A DNA stretch of 64,000 nt. Origin: an uncultured bacterium. Its GTDB lineage: Bacteria; Verrucomicrobiota; Verrucomicrobiia; Limisphaerales; UBA8199. The position numbers were made by a program, and so were the translations under genes. Shown in pieces: positions 50,910 through 61,042 of this stretch. The number at the start of each line of letters is the position of its first letter. Position 1 is the stretch's first letter. The DNA lies in the NCBI GenBank assembly GCA_963749495.1, contig CAVVMW010000022.1, forward strand, positions 160,001 to 224,000, given 5' to 3'. The notes beneath the pieces were generated by a model. That model had not been told where the DNA came from. It did no database searches and worked only from the letters and a program-made list of their open reading frames with translations.

Positions 50910-51512
50910 ATGAAAGCCATCCTTTCCGAAATCCGCAGCGCAGTGCTGGTCACTCTGGCGCTGGCCGTCGTGTGCTGCGGCCTTTACCCGTTGGTCGTGT
51001 TTGGGCTCGCCCAGGCGCTCTTCCCGCACAAAGCCAACGGCAGCCTGATCGTCGACGCCAAAGGGAACACCCAGGGTTCGCGCCTGCTCGGGCAGCCGTT
51101 CAGCGCCGACAAGTATTTCCACCCGCGTCCCTCGGCTGCCGGCAACGGCTATGACTCGACCAGTTCGGGCGGCAGCAACCTGGGGCCGACCTCGCAGAAG
51201 CTCCGCGACTCGATCGTTCAGAACCTTGCCGATTTCCGCGCCCAGAACGGGCTGGCAACCAACGCGCCCGTCCCGGCCGATGCGGTCACCGCCTCCGGCA
51301 GCGGCCTGGACCCGCACATCAGCCCCCAGAACGCCCAACTCCAGGCCCCGCGCGTCGCCAAGGCCCGCGGCCTCGCTCTGGAAAAGGTGCGGGCGCTCAT
51401 TGCCCAGCACACCGACAGCGCCGACCTCGGAATCCTCGGCGAGCCGGGAGTGAATGTGCTGGAACTGAACCTCGCTTTGGACGCAATCCAGGCATCAGCA
51501 GCCTCCAATTGA
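50910..51512 (+). CDS. kdpC: K+-transporting ATPase subunit C
   Basis: ANGSL, YFHPRPSA, SGGSNLGP, SGSGLDPHIS, VNVLELN. Confidence 0.96.
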   Translation: MKAILSEIRSAVLVTLALAVVCCGLYPLVVFGLAQALFPHKANGSLIVDAKGNTQGSRLLGQPFSADKYFHPRPSAAGNGYDSTSSGGSNLGPTSQKLRDSIVQNLADFRAQNGLATNAPVPADAVTASGSGLDPHISPQNAQLQAPRVAKARGLALEKVRALIAQHTDSADLGILGEPGVNVLELNLALDAIQASAASN

Positions 51513-51871
51513 AGCCGGATCCCACGGTCTTAATCATTGATAACGAGAAGGCGGTGCGCCGTCTGCTGCGGGCCGTGCTCCAACCGCAGGGCTACCGGGT
51601 CTTCGAGGCGGAGAGCGGCGGAGCTGGCGTGAAGCAAGCCGTCGAGTGCAAGCCCGACGTGATAATTCTGGAAATGGCGCTGCCCGATGGGGACGGGTTA
51701 GGCGTCCTCCACACTTTGCGGCAGTGGAATCACACCCCGGTCCTGGTCCTTTCCGAGCAAACCGATGACGGAGCCAAAGTGGCGGCACTGGATGCAGGCG
51801 CCAACGATTACCTGACCAAGCCGTTCAGCAGCGCTGAGCAAATTCTCGTTGGAATGCGAATTGAGCCATGA
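51509..51871 (+). CDS. KdpE-like receiver domain only, truncated, with Glu at the phospho-Asp position
   Basis: VLIIDNE...PDVIILEMALPDGDG...ALDAGANDYLTKPF then unrelated tail; TTGA overlap with kdpC. Confidence 0.75.
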   Translation: MKPDPTVLIIDNEKAVRRLLRAVLQPQGYRVFEAESGGAGVKQAVECKPDVIILEMALPDGDGLGVLHTLRQWNHTPVLVLSEQTDDGAKVAALDAGANDYLTKPFSSAEQILVGMRIEP

Positions 51872-51956
51872 GCACGATCGAAATAATCCAGACCAATGTG
51901 GCCCTCGATGAAATGAGTGCCAGCCAGAAGCCCGCGCACGCAGCGCTAGCAAACGG

Positions 51957-52295
51957 GTGAACGCCATGGCCCCATGGATGAAGCCCGCGGCTTGGCTTGC
52001 TTTTGTGGCCGCAGCCCTGCTCGAGGTTCTGGGGGACGCCGTGGTCCGCCGCGGCTTGCGAGGCGGCAGCGCAGGGTGGATCATCACGGGATGTGCAACG
52101 CTGGCCCTCTACGGGCTGGCGGTCAATTCGGTTAGATGGGACTTCTCCAAGCTGCTCGGCGTCTATGTCGGATTCTTTGCCGCCGCGAGCATCCTTTTTG
52201 GGCGGTTCGTTTTCCGCGAGGAAGTCCCCGTTACGACCTGGTGCGGCCTTGCTTTGATTATTGTTGGCGGCTTCGTCATCCAGCTCGGCCGCTAG
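51957..52295 (+). CDS. Small four-TM membrane protein (YnfA/SMR-like)
   Basis: AAALLEVLGD...LLGVYVGFF...GLALIIVGG. Confidence 0.7.
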   Translation: MNAMAPWMKPAAWLAFVAAALLEVLGDAVVRRGLRGGSAGWIITGCATLALYGLAVNSVRWDFSKLLGVYVGFFAAASILFGRFVFREEVPVTTWCGLALIIVGGFVIQLGR

Positions 52296-52325
52296 CTGAA
52301 CCAGCAAGGAGTGTTAATGCAATTG

Positions 52326-53683
52326 GAAACGCCTGGATCAGGCATTCCGGGAACAGATGGGTCAACCCGCCTATTCAGAACCGACCCCGCCGGCGCCGGG
52401 AACGCCTGCGCCCCCTCCAACCCGCAGGGGACTTCCTCCGCCTCTTGATTCGCCCCCGTTCCCGACTGGCGACTGGCAGATTGGAGGCACGCCGATTGTC
52501 GGTGATCCGAACTTGACGCCGGATTATCCTCTGATGCAAGCCCTGTACCAGGGGCCCCACGGCAAATTCTGGAGCGACACGAACATCAAGATCTACGGCT
52601 GGGTGGATACCTCAGGCAACGTCAGCACGTCGGGGAAAGACAACGTTCGGGCCCAACGGGCAGAGCGGCAACTTCCCGCTCATCTACCCACAGCGGCCAA
52701 ACCGGTTCGAGCTCGACCAGGCGGTGCTTTACTTCGAGCGCACGCCAAACGAATTTCAGACGGACCACGTTGACTGGGGCTTTCGCATCGCGAACGTCTA
52801 TGGCCTTGATTACCGGTACATGATCTCGCGGGGGCTGTTCAGCGGCCAGTTGCTGGCTGATAACCGATTCTACGGCTACGATATGCCGATGGCTTACGTG
52901 GATTTGTACATTCCGCACGTGTTTCAGGGGATGAACGTCCGGGTTGGCCGGATCATCTCCGAGGCGGACATCGAGGCGCAGTTGGCGCCGAACAACCCCA
53001 TGAGCACCCATTCCCTGCTCTATAGTTTCGATCCCTATACGCAGGAGGGCATATTCACCACCACCAAAATCAATGACCGTTGGACGGTCCAAGCGGGGCT
53101 TGCCAACGGCAACGATGTGGCCCTGTGGCAAAAGGACCGAGGCAACCAGCCGACCGGGACCACCATGCTCCAATACAATTCGCCCAACAACAAGTTCTCC
53201 TTTTACGGCGGCGCCAACTCCTTCAATAACGGGGATTTCGGATACAATAACCTCCAGCAGTACGTCGGCACTTTCAGCTACAAGTTCAACGAGAAGATTT
53301 GGACCACTCACGAGACCTGGTACATGTTCGAGCACAACGCGACGACCGCTCCGACAGCGGCGGTGCCCTTCAACAATGCCTTCTACCCGGTAAGGCCGGG
53401 CTACGCGCCCGAGTGGGCGTCGGTCAACTACACCTTCTTTCGCCTTGGAGCGAGCACTTTCCTCACGCTCCGCAACGAGATCTTCAACGACATCGTGGGC
53501 CAGCGCACAGGTTACAACACGGTGTACTCGGAGCACTCCATTGGATTGACTTATTGGCCGAATAAACTCATCACCTTCCGTCCGGAAGTGCGATACGATC
53601 ATTCGTATGCCAAAGCAGCCTATGACAACGGGTCCCGTCATAACCAGGTCGTTGCGAGCTTCGACATTATTGTTCACTTCTAG
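52326..53683 (+). CDS. Outer-membrane beta-barrel porin (BBP2/DUF1597-like); N-terminus apparently lost, frameshift at ~52635
   Basis: KIYGWV, GLDYRY, RPEVRYDH; C-terminal Phe (DIIVHF). Confidence 0.75.
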
Positions 53684-53722
53684 TTGAACCGACGATCAAC
53701 CGGTTGTGGTGTGCATGAGTCC

Positions 53723-53904
53723 CAGGGGTGTTGACAACGTCGTAGCGCAGGTTGCCAAACCTGCCGTATCGCCGATTTCCAGTCGGCAGGGTGTCATATA
53801 TGGGCGAGGCGCCCGCAGGTTGGAAATCTGCGATACAGCAGGTTGGAAATCTGCGCTACGCCTTCCGGCTGGCGAGACCTGTACCACTCTCTGTCAACTT
53901 CTTG
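53723..53904. mobile_element. MITE-like element, family B copy 2, with REP 53741-53860
   Basis: Left end CAGGGGTGTTGACAACGTCG, degenerate right end CTCTGTCAAC; REP similar to 23047-23183. Confidence 0.7.
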
Positions 53905-54118
53905 TTTTTTTGAAAGAAGTTTTGGTTGCGGCTCTGCCGCGCTGGGAAATATGCGGGCTAGGTTCTGGCGGCCCGTTGGGCCGCTTTCGCGCATCAAGGA
54001 CATTAGGGGGGCGGCGCCCGACACCACTATGAGGCGGCGCCTGACACGAGAATTCTGCCTGGTCTGATAGACAGGGGCTTGGCCCTCATTATGTTGTGTT
54101 CAACCTGTAAATCGACCC

Positions 54119-55328
54119 ATGAAGCATCCACCGCACCTTGGGAGGAGCGCCGCCGCCGTAGTCGTGGCGGCTGCGGCCATTGTTCTCGCGGCGGCCCTGC
54201 TGAGATCCGGGTCTGGCCAACCCGCGCACGCGCGCGCACAGGCGCCGGCTCCTGTTTCCCAGGCGCTGCAGTCCGAGGCCTCCGTGGACCTGCTGCCGAG
54301 CCAGGCTCAATGCGGTCCAGGTCGAGGTGGTGGGCACTTACCGGTTTCCCGTGGAAAAAGAGGCCGTGGGGAGCATCAGCTTCGTCGATGACCTGTCGGT
54401 CCAGGTGTTCCCGCCCTACCAGGGGAAGATTATCAAGACGTTCGTCGAGCTGGGGGACGAGGTTCAGAAGGGACAACCGCTCTACACGATTGACAGTCCG
54501 GACCTCATCCAGGCCGAGTCGAGCCTGATTGGGGCCGCGGCCAGCTTCGCCCTGACCAGCAAGGAGTTGGCGCGCGTGACGGAGCTTAATGGAACCAACG
54601 GAGTGTCCGAACGCGAGTTGGAGCAGGCCGCCTCCGATCACCAAACGGCAGAGGGCGCCCTCAAGGCCGCGCGGGATGCCGTGCGCGTCTTCGGCAAGAC
54701 CGAGTCCGAAATCGATCAAATCGTGGCCACGCGCAAGGTTGACGCCGCGCTGGTCGTTCCCAGCCCAATGAGTGGCCAGGTGACAGCTTACAACGCCCCT
54801 CCGGGACTCTTAGTGCAGCCGGGGGCCGGTCCGGCGCCTTTCTCCGTCGCCGACACCTCGACCAAGTGGATGCTGGCCAACGTTACCGAAAGCGACAGCC
54901 CGTTGTTCCACATTGGGCAGCCCGTCGAGGCCAGGGTGATGGCCTATCCGGGGCGCGTCTTCGAGGGCCGGATTTCCAAGATCTATGCGACGGTGGACCC
55001 GAACACCCATCGGGTAACGATCCGCTCCGACATTGCGGACCCCCAAAATGAGTTGCGCCCTGGAATGCTAGCCAACTTTGTGATTCGAGTCCAGGACCCG
55101 ATCGAGTCGGTTGCCATCCCGATGAATGGCGTCGTGCGAAACGGCGATGGCACGATGGCGGCCTGGGTGACCACCGATCGGCACCGATTTGCGCAAAGAA
55201 TCGTCAGGATTGGCCTGCAAAGCGACGGCAAGTACCAGGTCCTTGAAGGATTGAAACCTGGAGAACTGGCGGTGGGCAACGGGGCAGTTTTCCTGAGCAA
55301 CATGTTGGAGGCCCCGCCTACAGACTGA
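54119..55328 (+). CDS. RND efflux periplasmic adaptor (MFP); frameshift at ~54304
   Basis: N-terminal TM; GDEVQKGQPL..IDSPDL; TVDPNTHR; LRPGMLA. Confidence 0.88.
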
Positions 55329-55339
55329 TTCTAGGTCTC

Positions 55340-58300
55340 ATGCTCCATTCTCTCATCGCCTTCTGCCTGAGCCGCCGCGCGATTGTCCTGTTCGGGTTGC
55401 TGGCGTTCGCCGGCGCCGGGTTCGTCGCCTATGAGCAGCTCAACATCGAGGCCTATCCGAACCCAACGCCGGTCATCCTGGAAATCACCGCGCAGGCCCC
55501 GGGCCTCTCGGCCGAGGAAATGGAGCGCTACTACACCCGCCCCATCGAGATCGGACTCTACACGACGCCGGGCATTGACGTCATTCGCTCCACCTCGTTC
55601 TATGGCCTGGCCTTTGTCCGCGTCGTTTTCAAATATGGCGTGGACTTCCATTTTGCTTACGGGCAGGCGGCGATAGCGCTGCAGCAGAATGTCAGCCTTC
55701 CGGGCGGCCAGGTCCCCACCATCCAACAGAACAGCACGACCGGGGAGATCTATCGTTACCAGGTGGTCGGGCCGAAGCACTTCGGACTGATCAACCTGCG
55801 CACGGTCCAGGACTGGATCGCGCGGCGCCGGCTCTTGACCATTCCCGGCATCGTCGCGGTCAACAGTTGGGGCGGCCCGACCAAGGAATTCGAGGTCGAG
55901 GCCAATCCTCACAAACTCGAAATTTATAACATCAGTGTGCCGCAGGTGCTGACCGCCCTGGGCAACGCGAACGTCAACGTCGGCGGGCGTGAAATCCGCA
56001 TTGGCCAGCAATCGATCAACATCCGCGGCGTGGGGCTGATCGATGACGGCGGCAGCGACGATTTGGCCCAGGGCTGCAGGCTCGATGACATCGAGAACGT
56101 CGTCCTGGCCCAGTCCAACGGTGTCCCCATATTGGTCAAGGACATCGCCAAGGTGTCCGTGGGCTATGTGCCGAGGCTCGGGATTTTGGGCCGTGACATG
56201 GAGGACGACGTGGTGGGCTCCATCGTGGTGATGAGCCGGACGGAGCACGCCCACGACATGATCCCGAAGGTCAAAGCCGAAATCGACAACATGAACCGGG
56301 ACGGGAGTCTGCCGCCGGGGGTCAAGCTGGTTCCCTATTACGACCGCTCCTCGCTGGTCGCAGTCACAACCCATACCGTGTTGCACAATCTCATCTTCGG
56401 CTGCCTGCTGGTGTTCCTGGTCCAGTGGATTTTCCTGGGGAATCTTCGGAGCGCGATCATCGTCGGGGTGAATATCCCGTTTGCGCTGTTCTTTGCCATC
56501 ATGCTGCTGGTGGTGCAGGGTGAAAGCGCCAACCTGCTCTCGGTGGGGGCGGTGGATTTCGGGATTATCGTCGATTCGGCGGTGATCCTCGTGGAGAACA
56601 TCTTCCGGAATTTCCAGAGACACCCGGAGCAACGGCAGGCCCTGCTCCAGCGCCTGACGGAGGGGTTCTATGGCCCGGACCCGACGAAGGCGCCGCAAGG
56701 CCCAGCGTGGACCGACCGCCTGCGCCTGATTTTGATCAGCGCGATGCAGGTGGACAAGGCGGTGTTGTTCTCGGCCCTCATCACTGTGGCCGGGTTCGTG
56801 CCGCTTTTCACCATGCAGGGGGTCGAAGGCCAGATCTTCGGCCCCATGGCGCGCACCTACGGTTACGCGCTGGCGGGGGCCCTGGTGGCCACCTTCACCA
56901 TCACGCCCGTGCTGGCGTCGTTCTTTCTTCCCGAACACGTCAAAGAGGCCGAGACGATTGTCGTCCGCCTGTTGCACCGGGTTTACAACCCCGCTTTGCG
57001 TTTCGCCCTTGCCAACCGCACCGTTGCGGTGGCTGTCGGAATTGTGTTTGTCGCCGTGGCCGGGTTGCTCATACCGCACCTGGGCAGCGAGTTTCTCCCG
57101 CACCTGGAAGAGGGCAACTTCTGGATTCGCGCCTCGATGCCGATGACGCTCTCATTGCAGGATGGCGAGGCGGCGGCGAGGACCATGCGGTTGGTTTTGC
57201 TCAAACACCCGGAAGTCATCACCGTCGTCTCTCAGCATGGCCGCCCGGATGACGGCAGCGATGCCTCGCCCTTCTCGAACGTCGAGCTGTTCGCGCCGCT
57301 CAAGCCCCTGGACCAATGGCCCAAGGGCCTGACCAAGGAAAAACTGACCGAGCGGATTCAGGCCGAGTTCCAAACCAAGCTGCCGGGGGTCGTCTTCAAC
57401 TTCTCGCAATATATCCAGGACAACATCGAGGAGGCGACCTCCGGGGTTAAAGGCGCCAATTCAGTCAAGATCGTCGGCCCGAACCTCGAGACCCTGACGA
57501 AGCTGGCTGCGCAGGTCAGAGACCAGATGAGCCAGGTCCGCGGCGTGGCCGACCTGGGCATCTTCCCAGTCCTGGGGCAACCGAACCTGAACATCAAAGT
57601 GGATCGCGCCAAGGCCGCGCGTTACGGCCTCAACTCGGGTGATGTCAACTCCGTCATCCAGGCGGCGCTGGGCGGGGCGGTGGCCACGATCGTCCTGGAA
57701 AGCGATCGGGAGTTCAACCTGGCCGTCCGCTTCCCGCCCGAATACCGGGACAGTGTCGAGAAGATTCGCAACCTCAAGGTGGCCTGCCTGGCGAGCAGCG
57801 GCGCCAATGCCTACATCCCCCTGAGCGAGTTGGCGGCGATCTCGCTGGATACCGGGGCGGCCTGGGTTTACCACGAGAGCACCCAACGCTTCATCCCGAT
57901 CAAGTTCAGCGTGCGCGACCGCGACCTGGGGAGCACCGTGGCCGAGGCCCAGGAGCGCATCGCCAGGAATGTGAAGCTCCCGAGCGGCTACCGCATGGTC
58001 TGGGCCGGAGAGTTCGGAGAGCTGCAGCAAGCCAAAGAGCGCCTCGAACTCGTTGTGCCAATGAGCCTCGCGCTGATCGTTGGGCTGCTCTACTGCCTGT
58101 TCAACTCGCTGACCGAGTGCCTCCTGACCCTGTCCGGCATTCCCTTCGCGATGGCCGGCGGCGTCCTGGCGCTCTACATCTCGGGCCTCAGTTTCAGCAT
58201 CTCCGCCGCCATCGGTTTCGTGTCGCTCTTTGGCGTGTCGGTCATGAATGGCATCCTCCTCATCACCTATTACAACCAGGCCCGGCTTCACGGCGGAACG

Positions 58301-58558
58301 CCAACGGACGCCATGTTTCATGCCGCCTCCACCCGTATGCGGCCTCTGCTCATGACGAGCCTCTCGGCCTGCATCGGCCTGTTGCCGGCGGCCATCTCCA
58401 CCGGCATCGGCAGCCAGGTCCAGCGCCCCTTGGCCACCGTCATCGTCGGCGGCATGCTCCTGGGCCCCGTCATGCTGCTCCTGGTTGTGCCGGCACTCAA
58501 GATCATCGTTCTGGGCCGTGGCCACCACCAACCTCAGCCCCAAGCGCTCTCGACATGA
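55340..58558 (+). CDS. Heavy-metal efflux RND permease (CzcA/CusA family)
   Basis: 1072 aa; GAVDFGIIVDSAVILVENI; RMRPLLMT; QRPLATV. Confidence 0.93.
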   Translation: MLHSLIAFCLSRRAIVLFGLLAFAGAGFVAYEQLNIEAYPNPTPVILEITAQAPGLSAEEMERYYTRPIEIGLYTTPGIDVIRSTSFYGLAFVRVVFKYGVDFHFAYGQAAIALQQNVSLPGGQVPTIQQNSTTGEIYRYQVVGPKHFGLINLRTVQDWIARRRLLTIPGIVAVNSWGGPTKEFEVEANPHKLEIYNISVPQVLTALGNANVNVGGREIRIGQQSINIRGVGLIDDGGSDDLAQGCRLDDIENVVLAQSNGVPILVKDIAKVSVGYVPRLGILGRDMEDDVVGSIVVMSRTEHAHDMIPKVKAEIDNMNRDGSLPPGVKLVPYYDRSSLVAVTTHTVLHNLIFGCLLVFLVQWIFLGNLRSAIIVGVNIPFALFFAIMLLVVQGESANLLSVGAVDFGIIVDSAVILVENIFRNFQRHPEQRQALLQRLTEGFYGPDPTKAPQGPAWTDRLRLILISAMQVDKAVLFSALITVAGFVPLFTMQGVEGQIFGPMARTYGYALAGALVATFTITPVLASFFLPEHVKEAETIVVRLLHRVYNPALRFALANRTVAVAVGIVFVAVAGLLIPHLGSEFLPHLEEGNFWIRASMPMTLSLQDGEAAARTMRLVLLKHPEVITVVSQHGRPDDGSDASPFSNVELFAPLKPLDQWPKGLTKEKLTERIQAEFQTKLPGVVFNFSQYIQDNIEEATSGVKGANSVKIVGPNLETLTKLAAQVRDQMSQVRGVADLGIFPVLGQPNLNIKVDRAKAARYGLNSGDVNSVIQAALGGAVATIVLESDREFNLAVRFPPEYRDSVEKIRNLKVACLASSGANAYIPLSELAAISLDTGAAWVYHESTQRFIPIKFSVRDRDLGSTVAEAQERIARNVKLPSGYRMVWAGEFGELQQAKERLELVVPMSLALIVGLLYCLFNSLTECLLTLSGIPFAMAGGVLALYISGLSFSISAAIGFVSLFGVSVMNGILLITYYNQARLHGGTPTDAMFHAASTRMRPLLMTSLSACIGLLPAAISTGIGSQVQRPLATVIVGGMLLGPVMLLLVVPALKIIVLGRGHHQPQPQALST

Positions 58559-58586
58559 TTAAACCTGGGCTCAGAAGCAACCGGAC

Positions 58587-58655
58587 ACGAGGCTCGAAGG
58601 TCGAGGTTCGAGGGGCGGAGGTCTCTTCCCTCGACCCTCGACCCTCGGCCCTCAA
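58587..58655. repeat. Inverted heptamer repeats (TCGAGGN)n ... (CCTCGAC)n
   Basis: Direct reading. Confidence 0.7.
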
Positions 58656-58719
58656 GGTGTCTGGGAACTTACGAACCGACGCCCAAACACCGCCAGGCTC
58701 TCTCCGAAACGCCGGACCC

Positions 58720-59292
58720 ATGAAAGTTCGTCTTCTCATCACAATGGTCGGCCTTGGCGCATTGGCGCTGGGGCCGGGTTTTGCCGGTGAACCTTCGCAT
58801 CAAACGCCCGAACTACCGCCCATCGGGAATCGTGCGAAGGCAGCCGGCGATCGCGCTCCCGGCGAGGGGCACAGTATATTGCCTCGCGCCGGGAGAGAGC
58901 GATCAGGCGGGAAGCCTGTGGATGGAAATCCCGGCAGGGCGGCTGAAAAGGGGAGCCAGGCTCGCCTCAAACAGGTGCAGCGCGTCCCGGGGACTCCAAG
59001 CGCAAAACCGGCCGGAGATAACCGGGCCGCGAGCACAGCAGGACCTAACCTTCATCAACCCGGGGCGGCCAAGTCTGCGGGCGCGCCGGGGGAGGCAGGA
59101 GCGGTGAAGATGCCCCAGCGGCAAGTCCGCCAACCAATGCTGCAGCCCTTCCTCAGACCGTCTGCCGTGCTGCCGGTCAGCCCGACCCGGAGCCGAGGTC
59201 CTGCCCCGGCTCTCCTGGGCGGACCGGCAATCTCTTCGAGTGCGAAGAACACCGCGGCGATCAACGGAACCGGGATGAAGCACAAGCCATGA
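58720..59292 (+). CDS. Secreted low-complexity Pro/Ala/Gly-rich protein inside the RND operon
   Basis: Signal peptide MKVRLLITMVGLGALALGPGFA; ATGA overlap with the OMF gene. Confidence 0.65.
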   Translation: MKVRLLITMVGLGALALGPGFAGEPSHQTPELPPIGNRAKAAGDRAPGEGHSILPRAGRERSGGKPVDGNPGRAAEKGSQARLKQVQRVPGTPSAKPAGDNRAASTAGPNLHQPGAAKSAGAPGEAGAVKMPQRQVRQPMLQPFLRPSAVLPVSPTRSRGPAPALLGGPAISSSAKNTAAINGTGMKHKP

Positions 59293-60898
59293 AGACAAAA
59301 TGGGGCGCTACGCTGGCTGGAGCTTGTCCAAAGAGCTCTGGTTCCGGGCCTTTGTCGCAGCCTTTGTCGATGCCTTTGTCGGAGCGCCCATTTGTCGACA
59401 AAGGTTCCGACAAAGGCTGCGACAAAGGTCCCGCACTCTTGGGGTTTTTGGGAGAGGCTCTAACTTTGATGCTTCTGGCCGGCTGTGCGGTTGGTCCGAA
59501 CTTCAAGAAGCCCCCGGCTCCGGAAGCCAGAGACTACACCGCCAGTCCGCTCTCGCTTATGAGCAGCCCGACCAATGTCTTGGGCGGAGGAGTGCAACGC
59601 TTCAACCAAGCCCTCGACATTTCGGCTGAGTGGTGGACGCTGTTCCACTCGAAACCGCTCAACGCCTTGATCGAGCGCTCGCTCACCAACAACCCGAGCC
59701 TCAAGGCGGCGCAAGCGGCCCTGGCGGTGGCGCGGGAGAATGTGCTGGCCCAAAAAGGCGCGTATTTTCCCAGCATAGCGGGAAGCTTCGCTGCCGCCCG
59801 AGCGAAGACTTCGCAAGAAATCTCGCCTACACCCAACTCCGGGGCTTGTATTTCGACCTTTATACGCCGCAGGTCAGTGTGTCGTATGTGCCGGACGTGT
59901 TTGGCCTGAACCGGCGGACCGTCGAGTCGCTCAAGGCACAGGCTGAGCAGGCGCGCTTTGCCCTGGCGGCGACCCATATCACGCTGAGCGCCAATGTGGC
60001 CGCCGCGGCCATCCAGGAGGCCTCCTTGCGGGCGCAGATTGCCGCTGCCCACGAACTCATCGCCATCAACACCAACATGCTCCAAATCCTGCGCAACCAG
60101 TTGGCGAAGGGTCGTGTGAGCGGGCTCGATGTGGCCGCGCAGGAGTCGCAACTGGCCCAAGTGGCCGCCACCCTGCCGCCGCTGCTCAAGGCCCTGGTTC
60201 AGCAGCGCGATCTTCTGGCGGCGCTCGCCGGCGGATTCCCCAGCCAGGGTCCGGCCGAACAGTTCGAGCTGTCGAGCCTGCAACTGCCGCAGGAACTGCC
60301 CTTGAGCCTGCCCTCTCAGCTCGTGGCCCAGCGCCCGGACGTGCGCCAGGCCGAGGAGACCCTGCGCGCCGCCAGCGCCCAGATCGGCATCGCTGTCGCC
60401 AACCGGCTGCCGAACATCACACTGAGCGCCGATGCCGGGAGCATGGCGCTGGCCGCCGGCCAGATCTTCGCGGGAGGCACCGGTTTTTGGACTTTGGCCG
60501 GAGGCGTGACGCAGCCGATTTTCCAGGGCGGGGCTTTGCTGCACAGGGAGCGCGCTGCCCGGGCGGCGTATGTCCAGGCTGCCGAACAATACCGCAGCAC
60601 GGTGCTGGCGGCCTTTCAGAACGTGGCCGATGCCTTGAATGCGCTCGAACAGGACGCCAATGGTCTGAGGGCCGCCGCTGCCGCCAAAGAGGCCGCCGGC
60701 GTCACCCTGGACCTCGCCAGGAAGCAGTTTCAGACCGGCTATGCCGGCTACGTGGCGCTGTTAAGCGCGGAGCAGGCCTATCAACAGGCGGTGGTGACCT
60801 TGGTTCAAGCCCAGGCCAATCGCTATGCCGATACGGCGGCGCTCTTTCAAGCCCTGGGTGGCGGTTGGTGGCACCGCGCGGAACTCACCAGGAACTGA
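59289..60898 (+). CDS. Outer-membrane efflux lipoprotein (NodT/OprM family); frameshift at ~59845
   Basis: LAGC lipobox, AVGPNF, WW.LF, LPSQLVAQRPDVRQAE, LFQALGGGW. Confidence 0.9.
59319..59462. mobile_element. 144-bp MITE-like insert, in frame within the OMF signal peptide
   Basis: Degenerate TIR GGAGCTTGTCC / GGAGAGGCTCTA; internal CCTTTGTCG x3 opposite CGACAAAGG x3 at 12-bp period. Confidence 0.75.
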
Positions 60899-60943
60899 CT
60901 AGAGTCCTTGAATGTCAAAACGTGATGCAGACAGATCAAGGTT

Positions 60944-60993
60944 GTGGCACGGGCATCCTGCCCGTGGGGGCTTGGGCAGGATGCCCAAGCCAC
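60944..60993. repeat. REP-like palindrome GTGGCACGGGCATCCTGCCC...GGGCAGGATGCCCAAGCCAC
   Basis: Direct reading. Confidence 0.7.
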
Positions 60994-61042
60994 GGTCTGA
61001 GGCCCTGCCTCATTGGCAGGCAAATGCGTTGGGAGCCCAACC

